A stretch of DNA of 64,000 nt from Terriglobia bacterium (lineage in GTDB: Bacteria; Acidobacteriota; Terriglobia; Acidiferrales; UBA7541): contig OY968796.1 in the NCBI GenBank assembly GCA_963695545.1, forward strand, positions 2,016,001 to 2,080,000, written 5' to 3'. Shown in pieces: positions 11,090-19,281 of the stretch (its first letter is position 1; each line of letters starts with the position of its first letter). The translations under genes were made by a program, and so were the position numbers. The notes beneath the pieces were generated by a model, which was not told the DNA's origin, ran no database searches, and was given only the letters and a program-made list of their open reading frames with translations.

Positions 11090-11492
11090 GGGGGTACACC
11101 CCCGGGTATGTTTTGCGTAAGAGCGGCAAACAAACGACTTCCAGGAAAAGAGTGACAAAGAGTGCGGAAGAGATTGAGAACAATAGACTTGCGATCGTTT
11201 ATTTTCAACGAGATGCGCACTGTTTTGGATGTCGCTGAAAATGAAAGAATTGGAGGGGTGGTTTGTTGCAGAAGAATGCGACTCGATCGAATTGTACCGA
11301 TGATATTTGGTAGGGCGCGCAAGCCGGGCGGAGGCAAGCTCCGCCCCTACATACGGAAAATTCGTCGCGCGGGCGAGCGGCAAGCGTGTGCGTCTCCAGC
11401 TCATGCGCGAGCATAACACTTCTGTAACCTATATGTCAATATAACTCATGGGGAATATTATTCGAATAGCTGTGGAAATTATTTCGAATAGT
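11090..11492 (-). repeat. dispersed intergenic element, copy A (homologous to 32500-33010)
   Basis: Colinear shared blocks AAAGAGTGCGGA, TTTCAAYGAGATGCGCACT, GCGCGGGCGAGCGGC, TGTCAA and TTCGAATAG. Confidence 0.85.
11310..11350. repeat. GTAG-family REP-like palindrome
   Basis: Minus strand reads GTAGGGGCGGAGCTTGCCTCCGCCC. Confidence 0.65.
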
Positions 11493-11519
11493 GGAAAACG
11501 CAAGAAGCAACCCGGACAT

Positions 11520-11562
11520 TCGAAATCCCCACCCTTTGCTGCGCAAAGGATGGGCCACCCCG
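11520..11562. repeat. REP-like palindrome
   Basis: CCCACCCTTTGCTGCGCAAAGGATGGG imperfect hairpin followed by CCACCC. Confidence 0.6.
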
Positions 11563-11683
11563 GGCTGCGCGAAGCGCAGCCCGACGGACGAGCTATGTTG
11601 CCTCGGGATGGAGATCGCCACCGGTCTGACCGATGGGTGCGGGTCAAAAAAAGGGGAAGCCCCAACTGAAGGGTGCGCCACCC

Positions 11684-11795
11684 GCCATTCTCTTGAGTTC
11701 TTCCAGCGTTTCGGCCTGCGTAAAATGGAATATCCCGGGGCGCGTGCTTCGTATCCGCCCTCCGGTGATTTCTCCACTGCGAAGATAATTTCCCC
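11684..11795 (-). pseudogene. HicB-like antitoxin fragment
   Basis: EIIFAVEKSPEGGYEARAPGYSI, then after a 1-nt frameshift TQAETLEELKRM; no start codon, truncated. Confidence 0.7.
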
Positions 11796-11862
11796 TTGGT
11801 CCGTGCCGAATTCCGACGCTGCATTGCTGAATGTTAGATTGCGAAGTCCGAACCGGCGGCCG

Positions 11863-12570
11863 TCAGGAGCCCGCGTGGGGAGGCTCGAAGACGAATGCGA
11901 TGGCGAGTTTCGACGCGACGGGTTTGCCACGCAGTGTGGCTGCTTGGAATTGCCATTTTGCGAGAGCGTCGGTGGAAAGAGCCGTGAAGGGGCCGGGCCC
12001 GCTCATCTGACGAAGCACTTTGGTGGCGACAACGTCGCCCGCCGGGCCGACGGTCACTTGAACGATGACCGAGCCGAACGTCGAACTGTTTACCGGATAG
12101 TTGGGATAGGCGACGGAAATAATTCCGGCAGGGGCGTAGTCCGGGTCCGCGCTGTCCTCGCGTGCCTCGGGTAGCACGGGCTTGAAATTCCTCGGAGGCG
12201 GAATCTGCGACGCGAAGTACATCGGCGGGCGAACCAAGAACACCACCGTCATTTCAGATGGAATCGGGCCGCTCGGGGCTATCGCCGGACGAAATCCCCA
12301 CTTTCGAACGATCGATTCCGCCGGCGCAACGATAGGCAACCCGCCTCCCGACAGCCCGGGATTCCGCAGATCCGTGATTCCGCTCACCGCGCCTTGGTTA
12401 TCCAATGAGACGTCCAAAACGACAAAGCCATCGTCGACCACCTCGTAGGGACGGTATGCGTCTGTAACGGACGTCACTTCCGGTGGCTTGAAAGAGATTT
12501 GCGCCAGGCCAGTAATCGTCAGCGCCACAAGAACGCAGAGGGTGCTCGCCGCTCTCCGAAGCATTTTCAT
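11863..12570 (-). CDS. secreted protein with two TonB C-terminal-like domains
   Basis: Signal peptide; YP...GSVIVQVTVGPAGDV and KWQFQAATLRGKPV; a similar first repeat with KWGFRPA. Confidence 0.75.
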   Translation of the reverse strand: MKMLRRAASTLCVLVALTITGLAQISFKPPEVTSVTDAYRPYEVVDDGFVVLDVSLDNQGAVSGITDLRNPGLSGGGLPIVAPAESIVRKWGFRPAIAPSGPIPSEMTVVFLVRPPMYFASQIPPPRNFKPVLPEAREDSADPDYAPAGIISVAYPNYPVNSSTFGSVIVQVTVGPAGDVVATKVLRQMSGPGPFTALSTDALAKWQFQAATLRGKPVASKLAIAFVFEPPHAGS

Positions 12571-12628
12571 GATGCTGAAATTGTAGAGCCTGGCGAATGG
12601 GCCGTACAACCAACCTGTGCTGTGTGTG

Positions 12629-13318
12629 CTACGGCTGAGCGCCGGGCTTTTGAAGCCGGGAGGCGAACGGGAGGGTTGCTACGCTGAAATAGATCGTGGT
12701 GTCGACATCGGTGAAGTCTCGCTCCGGCTTCTTTGGTTTTCCGGTGTCTAGGTCGAGATATTTTTCGGTGATGTCATGGATGCGGCCTCGGCTGTCGAAT
12801 TTCCATTCGCGGCGGCAAATTTCGTTGACGGTGAAATTATCGAGGTCGGAAGTTACCTCGCCGATGGTGCCGTCGGCCTCGAAGCAATAATCGGCGACGA
12901 TCGTTGAACCTGCGGTGGGAAGCGTGATTCTGGCATGGACGACACTGCCGTTGCTGAGCCAGACCAAGGCTTGGTCCTCGAAATTGGCGTACGTGGCGAC
13001 TTTCTGCAAATTCGCGGGCGATGGAAATTGTTGCCACGCGCCGGGACTTCCACCGTCGGGATCGTCACGGCCGAAGGATTCGTCGGGCGCGGCCGCTTTG
13101 TCGCGCGCGAAGATTTCGCCGCAGGATTTTTCGATCGCGGAGGCGGATTCTGAGGACGGCTTCGATTGGGATGGAGCGTCGTTCGGCGGCGAGGGATTGG
13201 CGGCTTGCGCGGCATCGCTGGCAGCAAGAACGAGCGCGGGGCCGGGCGCAAACATGCACGGGAAGCACAACAAGGAAACTTCCGCGACAACTAGAAGCAC
13301 TGCGCGCGTCGTTCTCAC
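12629..13318 (-). CDS. hypothetical exported protein
   Basis: GTG start with GGAGAG RBS, hydrophobic N-terminus, globular C-terminal region. Confidence 0.55.
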   Translation of the reverse strand: MRTTRAVLLVVAEVSLLCFPCMFAPGPALVLAASDAAQAANPSPPNDAPSQSKPSSESASAIEKSCGEIFARDKAAAPDESFGRDDPDGGSPGAWQQFPSPANLQKVATYANFEDQALVWLSNGSVVHARITLPTAGSTIVADYCFEADGTIGEVTSDLDNFTVNEICRREWKFDSRGRIHDITEKYLDLDTGKPKKPERDFTDVDTTIYFSVATLPFASRLQKPGAQP

Positions 13319-13368
13319 TCGAGACTTCTCTCCTGAATTACAAAACGCAGGCCAGCGAGCAGTGCGGC

Positions 13369-13983
13369 TTAATCGCTGTCGAAGCGCTGCTCTTTCCACG
13401 GATCGCCGTACATGTTGTAGCCGTTTTGTTCCCAGAAACCGGGAGCATCGGCGGGCAAGAGCTCGAATCCGCGCACCCATTTCACGCTCTTCCAAAAATA
13501 AAGATGCGGCACAACCAAGCGCAGCGGATAGCCGTGGTCGGGCGCGAGAGGTACGCCGTCGTGCTTGAGCGCAAACAGCGTTGTGGGCCGCATCAGATCG
13601 GCGAGCGGCAGATTGGCGGTGTAGCCGTGCTCGGCGATGATCATCGCGAAATGCGCGGTGGGTTTGGGTGTCGCGAGTTTCACGACGTCGGTGAAGAGCA
13701 CGCCCTCCCAGTGATTGTCGAAGCGGCTCCAGCGCGTGACGCAATGAATGTCGGATAACGTTTCGGTGCGCGGCAGCCTGTTAAATTCGTCCCACGAAAG
13801 GCGCACGGGCGTCTCTACCAAACCTGTGATTTTGAAATCCCAGGTGGCTGGATCGAATCCGGGCACGCTGCCGTACTGCAGCACGGGCCACTTGAGTGTG
13901 GCCGATTGACCGGGCGGCAGGCGGCCCTCTTCGCGCATTTTGTTTTCGAGATGCTTGCGCTCGCTGATTTCGCCGAAAATCAT
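13369..13983 (-). CDS. sulfite oxidase-like molybdopterin oxidoreductase
   Basis: DIHCVTRWS, HGYPLRLVVPHLYFWKSVKW and GFWEQNGY motifs. Confidence 0.93.
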   Translation of the reverse strand: MIFGEISERKHLENKMREEGRLPPGQSATLKWPVLQYGSVPGFDPATWDFKITGLVETPVRLSWDEFNRLPRTETLSDIHCVTRWSRFDNHWEGVLFTDVVKLATPKPTAHFAMIIAEHGYTANLPLADLMRPTTLFALKHDGVPLAPDHGYPLRLVVPHLYFWKSVKWVRGFELLPADAPGFWEQNGYNMYGDPWKEQRFDSD

Positions 13984-14104
13984 GGCGCTGGTCTCCGTTC
14001 CGCACACAAATATTTGGAGGCGCGACTATTCTACTATGCAATTGCTGCGCACGATTGGGGGCGCGATCGGCCGGGCTGGGTCGGCGTGCCGGCTCGTGTC
14101 GCCC

Positions 14105-14124
14105 CCTGCCTACCGGCAGGCAGG
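14105..14124. repeat. CCTGCCTACCGGCAGGCAGG mini-palindrome
   Basis: CCTGCC-TACC-GGCAGG hairpin plus CAGG tail; related sequences near 32726 and 33825. Confidence 0.6.
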
Positions 14125-14205
14125 CTAAGGGCTGGTTCTGCGTCGTCCGGGCGATCGCGCGGCGTTGCGTGCGTTCTTGATCGGTGTCGCGGGCGAAAAT
14201 TGTTT

Positions 14206-14278
14206 TGTAGCGGAGGCCTTTAGGTCTCCATCTTGGTGCTGCGTGAAAAATGCTGGAGGCCTAAAGGCCTCCGCTACA
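14206..14278. repeat. inverted pair of GTAG-family REP elements
   Basis: TGTAGCGGAGGCCTTTAGGTCTCCA ... TGGAGGCCTAAAGGCCTCCGCTACA; third copy at 34040-34063. Confidence 0.8.
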
Positions 14279-14397
14279 CAAACCGAGGTCTTGCCTCGGT
14301 GTCGGGCGCGCAGCGCGGGGCGCTGGACGGTGCGTGCAACTGGGCGTGATAAGATTGATTACGGCACTATTAAACTTCGTATCTGACCGAGGTTTCT

Positions 14398-15348
14398 TTG
14401 ACCGCGCGAATTCTCAACGGCAACGCCATCCGCGACGAGATTTATGCGGAACTGCAACACGAAATCGCCGCGCTCGCCGCGGAGGGAATCCGGCCGGGGC
14501 TGGCCGCAGTGTTGGCCGGCGACAATCCGGCTTCGCACATTTACGTGAAGAGCAAGATCGCGGCGTGCGAAAAGCTCGGGCTGGGGAGCTTCCAGTTCGC
14601 GTTGCCGTCGACTGTGCAAACCGCCGAGCTTCTCGCGCTCGTGGAAGATCTCAATCGGCGCGATGACGTGGATGGCATTTTGGTGCAATTGCCGCTGCCG
14701 GCGGGCGTGGATTCCAAGCGCGTGCTCGAAGCCGTGGACCCGGCGAAGGACGTGGATGGTTTTCATCCGCTGAATCTCGGCAAGCTCGTAGCGGGGCGGC
14801 CGGGGCTTGTGGCCTGCACACCGGCCGGCATCATGGAAATTTTGCGCCGCAGCGGAATTGCGATCGAAGGAGCTAACGCCGTGGTGCTCGGCCGCAGCGA
14901 CATCGTGGGAAAGCCGATGGCGCTGCTTCTGCTGCACGCGAACGCCACGGTGACTGTGTGCCACTCGAAAACGCGCACACTTCCCGGCATCGTTAGTGGC
15001 GCGGACATCGTTGTCGCGGCGATGGGTCGCCCGGCGATGGTGGAGGCAAGCTGGATTCGCCCGGGCGCGACGGTGATCGACGTGGGGATCAATCGGCTCA
15101 CGGACGCCGTGGAAGTCGCGCGCATCTTCGTGAATCACACCGAGCGGCTGGAGCATTTTCGCGATAAGGGATCGGTGCTCGTCGGCGACGTTCATCCCGA
15201 CGCCGCGGAAGTTGCCGGCGCGATCACGCCCGTGCCGGGCGGCGTTGGGCCGCTGACGATTGCGATGCTCATGAGCAACACCGTGCGCGCGGCGCGGATG
15301 CGGCGAGGCGCCGGCGGCGTGTCGGCGCGAAGCGCGGGGAGGGCCTGA
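14398..15348 (+). CDS. folD: bifunctional methylenetetrahydrofolate dehydrogenase/cyclohydrolase
   Basis: GILVQLPLP, KDVDGFHP, GRSDIVGKP and TPVPGGVGP motifs. Confidence 0.98.
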   Translation: MTARILNGNAIRDEIYAELQHEIAALAAEGIRPGLAAVLAGDNPASHIYVKSKIAACEKLGLGSFQFALPSTVQTAELLALVEDLNRRDDVDGILVQLPLPAGVDSKRVLEAVDPAKDVDGFHPLNLGKLVAGRPGLVACTPAGIMEILRRSGIAIEGANAVVLGRSDIVGKPMALLLLHANATVTVCHSKTRTLPGIVSGADIVVAAMGRPAMVEASWIRPGATVIDVGINRLTDAVEVARIFVNHTERLEHFRDKGSVLVGDVHPDAAEVAGAITPVPGGVGPLTIAMLMSNTVRAARMRRGAGGVSARSAGRA

Positions 15349-15998
15349 TGCTGCGCGTGGGACTCACGGGCGGAATCGCCTGCGGCAAAAGCACTGTGGC
15401 CGCGATGATGACCATGGTCGGATGCCACGTGCTCGAAGCCGATAACCTTGCGCACGATCTGATCGAGCCGGGGCAGCCTGCGTACGACGAAGTTGTGCGC
15501 GAATTCGGCAGCGGAATTCTCGCCGCCGATAAGCGCGTGGATCGGGCCGCGCTCGCGCGCATCGTGTTCGGTGATGGCGCGCGTCTTCTCGCGCTGAACA
15601 GCATCGTTCATCCGCGCGTGCTCGAAGTCACCGACAAAGAATTTGAGCGTCTGGCCGTGGCCGATCCTTCGGGCGTGGCCGTGCTCGCGGCGGCCTTGTT
15701 GATCGAGGCCGGCTACGACGCGCATCTCGATCGCCTGGTGGTGGTGTGGTGCCGGCCGGAGCAGCAGATCGTGCGCTTGACCGACCACGCGTCGGGCCGC
15801 GGCATGACGCGCGCCGAAGCCGAGCAGCGCATCGCCGCGCAAATGCCGCTCGATCGCAAGAAAGCCATGGCGGACGACTTGATCGACGCTTCGGGAACGC
15901 TCGACTCCACGCGGCGGCAGGTGACGGCGCTCGTCGCGCGGCTGAAACGCCTTGCAGCGGAAGGCGCCGCGGCGGGAGAAGAAAGGATATCGCCATGA
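15348..15998 (+). CDS. coaE: dephospho-CoA kinase
   Basis: VGLTGGIACGKST, LNSIVHPRV and RIAAQMP motifs. Confidence 0.96.
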   Translation: MLRVGLTGGIACGKSTVAAMMTMVGCHVLEADNLAHDLIEPGQPAYDEVVREFGSGILAADKRVDRAALARIVFGDGARLLALNSIVHPRVLEVTDKEFERLAVADPSGVAVLAAALLIEAGYDAHLDRLVVVWCRPEQQIVRLTDHASGRGMTRAEAEQRIAAQMPLDRKKAMADDLIDASGTLDSTRRQVTALVARLKRLAAEGAAAGEERISP

Positions 15999-17149
15999 AG
16001 GGCACGCATTCGATTCCGCGCGCGTTGCGCTTTATCGCGTTGGGCGCGATCCTGGGCCTGGGTTGCTACTGGGCGGGCAGCCGCTGGGGCACGCGCCAGC
16101 CGGATCGCGTCGAAGCGCTGCCGCAACCACCCGCGCCGCCGAATTTAACGGGCATGAGCGAGGACGAAGCCATCAACGTGAAGGTTTACAGCGAAGCGGC
16201 GCCCGCGGTGGCGAACATCGTGACGCGCACGCTTGAGTACGACGTGTTCATGGACCCGGTGCCGGCCGAAGGCGCGGGCTCGGGATTTGTGATGGACCCT
16301 CGCGGCTACATTCTGACCAACAATCACGTGATCGAAAACGCGCAGGCCATCGAGGTGACGCTCGGCGACGGTCAGCGCTTTCCCGCCAAGCTCGTCGGAA
16401 CCGACGTGCGCGACGACGTGGCGCTGATCAAGATCGATCCGGGCGATCACAAGCTGATCGCGTTGCCCATGGGTGATTCGACCACGCTGCAGGTGGGCCA
16501 GCACGTGCTGGCCATCGGGAATCCGTTCGGATTTCAAAGCACGCTGACCACGGGCGTCGTCAGCGCGCTGGGGCGAACCGTGCAGACCAGCGACGAATCG
16601 TTCATCGATGGCGCGATCCAAACCGATGCCGCGATCAATCACGGAAATTCCGGCGGACCGCTGCTTGATTCGCACGGCGACGTGATCGGCATCAATAGCG
16701 CCATCTATTCGACATCGGGAACGACGGCGGGCATCGGCTTTGCGATTCCCATCAACACCGCGAAGCGCATCGCGAACGATCTGATCACCAACGGGCGCGT
16801 TCGTGAGGTTTACCTGGGCATTCAAGCGCTCGCGCTCGATCCGGGGTTCGCGCAGGCGCTTGGCCTGCCGGTTGACGAAGGGCTGCTGATCGAAGACGTG
16901 GACCAGGGAAGTCCCGCGGCGCGCGCCGGACTTCGCGGCGGCGATCGCGTGGTGATCGCCGGAATGCGCCGGATCGAGATCGGTGGCGACGTGCTGACCG
17001 CCATCGATGGACAGAAGATCGCGAGCCAGCTCGATATGGCCGTGGCGCTCGATAAGGATCATCCCGGCGACACGGTCACGCTTGAAATTTATCGCGGCAA
17101 TCAGAAGACGGACGTGCGCTTGACGCTCGGCGAGCTAAATCCGCAGTAG
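15995..17149 (+). CDS. HtrA/DegP-family serine protease with one PDZ domain
   Basis: LTNNHV and QTDAAINHGNSGGPL motifs, C-terminal PDZ; ATG 15995 overlaps the coaE stop. Confidence 0.95.
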   Translation: MKGTHSIPRALRFIALGAILGLGCYWAGSRWGTRQPDRVEALPQPPAPPNLTGMSEDEAINVKVYSEAAPAVANIVTRTLEYDVFMDPVPAEGAGSGFVMDPRGYILTNNHVIENAQAIEVTLGDGQRFPAKLVGTDVRDDVALIKIDPGDHKLIALPMGDSTTLQVGQHVLAIGNPFGFQSTLTTGVVSALGRTVQTSDESFIDGAIQTDAAINHGNSGGPLLDSHGDVIGINSAIYSTSGTTAGIGFAIPINTAKRIANDLITNGRVREVYLGIQALALDPGFAQALGLPVDEGLLIEDVDQGSPAARAGLRGGDRVVIAGMRRIEIGGDVLTAIDGQKIASQLDMAVALDKDHPGDTVTLEIYRGNQKTDVRLTLGELNPQ

Positions 17150-17200
17150 GCGCGCGCCGTCACCGTGCAGCAGCAGTGCGGCCGGCGGGATTACAACAGC

Positions 17201-18028
17201 TCACGCGTTCCACTCCGCTCGAGCGCGATCGCGCTCCTTCTCCGAAAGCGCGAACCATGACTCGCCCAAATCGCGCGCGCGTTCAAGCGCCGCTTGCAGT
17301 TCAGCGTGCTTGGCCTCGACTTCGCCGCGCTCGGCGTGCCGCGAGACTTCGATCGGCGGATGTATCACCACGACGGCGCGCGAATATAACTTGGGGATTT
17401 GAAACAGATCCCAGGTTTTCCGGAGCGTGCGCGCCCGCTCCACGCCGATGTGGAACGCAATGATGGGCTGCCCGCTGCGTCGCGCCAGCATCGCCGGGCC
17501 AGGCTTTGCGACGTAACGCGGGCCGCGCGGCCCATCGATCGTGAACGCCACGTCGTGCCCTTGTTCGAGGCTGTTCGCCATTTCGGCCAGACCGCGCAGG
17601 CCGCCGCGCGACGAACTCCCTTGCGCCGTGCCGAAGCCGAAGCGCTCGATCACCCGGCGCGTCCACTGGCCGTCAAAATTCGCGCTGTTCAGCACCACGA
17701 TGCCGCGTTCGCGCCACCACCACGTAGCGCTGAAAATGGCGCGGTGCCAGAACGCCAGGATCGCGCGGCGCCCCGCGGCATGCACGCGCTCGATATTCGC
17801 CGCGCCGAGCACCTCGAAGCGCAGCGTCGGTCCTATCGCGCGGATCAGCGCGTAGCCCGCGAATCCGAGCACGGGCACTTGCAGTCGTCGCCAGGATGAA
17901 AGCGGCGCCAGGTGAACGTCGTAGTGGCGCGCGAGCGCTTGCTCGTCGGCGGGTTCTTCGCCGGAGCCGGTGCCCAGTGCGGTGCGTGAACTTGTCACGG
18001 GCTGAGCGTATTTTGCGGGCTCCGTCAT
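17201..18028 (-). CDS. lysophospholipid acyltransferase family (DUF374-like) protein
   Basis: FWH, GSSSRGG and FTIDGPRGP motifs. Confidence 0.85.
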   Translation of the reverse strand: MTEPAKYAQPVTSSRTALGTGSGEEPADEQALARHYDVHLAPLSSWRRLQVPVLGFAGYALIRAIGPTLRFEVLGAANIERVHAAGRRAILAFWHRAIFSATWWWRERGIVVLNSANFDGQWTRRVIERFGFGTAQGSSSRGGLRGLAEMANSLEQGHDVAFTIDGPRGPRYVAKPGPAMLARRSGQPIIAFHIGVERARTLRKTWDLFQIPKLYSRAVVVIHPPIEVSRHAERGEVEAKHAELQAALERARDLGESWFALSEKERDRARAEWNA

Positions 18029-18128
18029 CGGCTCTCGGTATGGTTCGGTTCCGTCACAGGCTGTCGGTGTCGTACGGCGCCGACACGGGCCGTCGGTGTA
18101 TTATAGGTGAATATTTAACGGCCTCACG

Positions 18129-19211
18129 ATGACCTCACGCAACGTTTCCGCGTCTCGGCCCGCCACAGCGTCCACTCGCCGTTGGATCGCGTTCGTGTGT
18201 TTTGTGGCTGCCGGGTGCGCGCTGGCCCTCGCGGCACAGTCTCCGCCTCCCGATGCCATCGGGACGATCGAAGGCGATGATCTGCTGGTGCAAGGCGCGC
18301 CGAACGAAGCGATGGTAGTGCAACAGGGCGTCACGCCGCTCGATAGCGGAGCCAGCATCACGGTTCGATCGGGTCAGGCCCTCGTCCAACTGGCCGCGGG
18401 CGGCGAAATCGGTGTGTGCGGCCCGGCGCACTTCTCGGTACTGCAATCCGGCACCTCGCTCACCGTCGCGCTCGACTATGGGCGCGTTCATCCCAAGCTG
18501 CCGCCATCGGCGAGCATCGTGATTTTCACGCCGCTGATCGCCGCCACTCCCATCGCCATCGGACAGCAACAGCGCGACCTGGATGTGGGCCTGACGTCGA
18601 GCGGCGCGATGTGCGTCGCGTCGACGCAAGGCGCTGTGCGCATCGCGCAGCAATTGTCAGACGAGAGCGTGATCGTGCCGGAAGGAGGCGCCATCAATCT
18701 CGCTGGCGCGGCGCTTGCGCCGGCCGAGCAGGCGGGCACGTGTTCTTGTGAAGTCCAACTGGCCCGCAGTCCTCAGGCACCGCCGCCGTATGAGCCTCCG
18801 CCGGCGGTTGAATCGAGTGAAGCAACGCAGCCCACTCAAACAGTTGCGCAGCTGCCGCCTGTCGATGTGGCGCGGCCGGCGCCCGTCGCGCCCGTCGCTT
18901 CATCCGATAGCGATCAACCGATCTACCAGGTTTTCATGCCGCCGCTGACCTTTAACGCTTCCTCGCCCTCACCGTCGGCCGACCCCAGCCAACAAATAAT
19001 CACGATCGTGCGCCACTCGCGCGTGCAACCGGGGGCGCTTTTCGTCGGCGTCGTCGAAGCCGCGGCGCTGCCGACGCCAAATCCGCTCGCGTCCGCCGCC
19101 CCGGAGGCGCCGCCGCAACGCACAACTGGCCGCCCGGCTGCGCCTGCGCGTGCCGGCGTCTATCAGCGGGTTCGCAGTTATCTACGCAACCTCTTCGGAA
19201 GTCCTTCGTAG
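18129..19211 (+). CDS. exported protein with FecR-like beta domain and Pro-rich tail
   Basis: Signal peptide, beta-rich N-domain, Pro/Ala-rich C-terminus. Confidence 0.6.
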   Translation: MTSRNVSASRPATASTRRWIAFVCFVAAGCALALAAQSPPPDAIGTIEGDDLLVQGAPNEAMVVQQGVTPLDSGASITVRSGQALVQLAAGGEIGVCGPAHFSVLQSGTSLTVALDYGRVHPKLPPSASIVIFTPLIAATPIAIGQQQRDLDVGLTSSGAMCVASTQGAVRIAQQLSDESVIVPEGGAINLAGAALAPAEQAGTCSCEVQLARSPQAPPPYEPPPAVESSEATQPTQTVAQLPPVDVARPAPVAPVASSDSDQPIYQVFMPPLTFNASSPSPSADPSQQIITIVRHSRVQPGALFVGVVEAAALPTPNPLASAAPEAPPQRTTGRPAAPARAGVYQRVRSYLRNLFGSPS

Positions 19212-19281
19212 TGCGGGCGACGGCTTCCCGAGAAACATTACCGGCAGTTTGACCGTAGCGTATTGACATACATCCGGCAGA

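Noticed and set aside
9596..11419. 607-aa minus-strand ORF as a real gene
   Set aside because: About three quarters is the antisense shadow of rne and it crosses the terminator hairpin; only its start coincides with element copy A.
12629..13744. 371-aa version of the hypothetical exported protein
   Set aside because: The upstream part overlaps the sulfite oxidase-like gene in another frame; an RBS supports GTG 13318.
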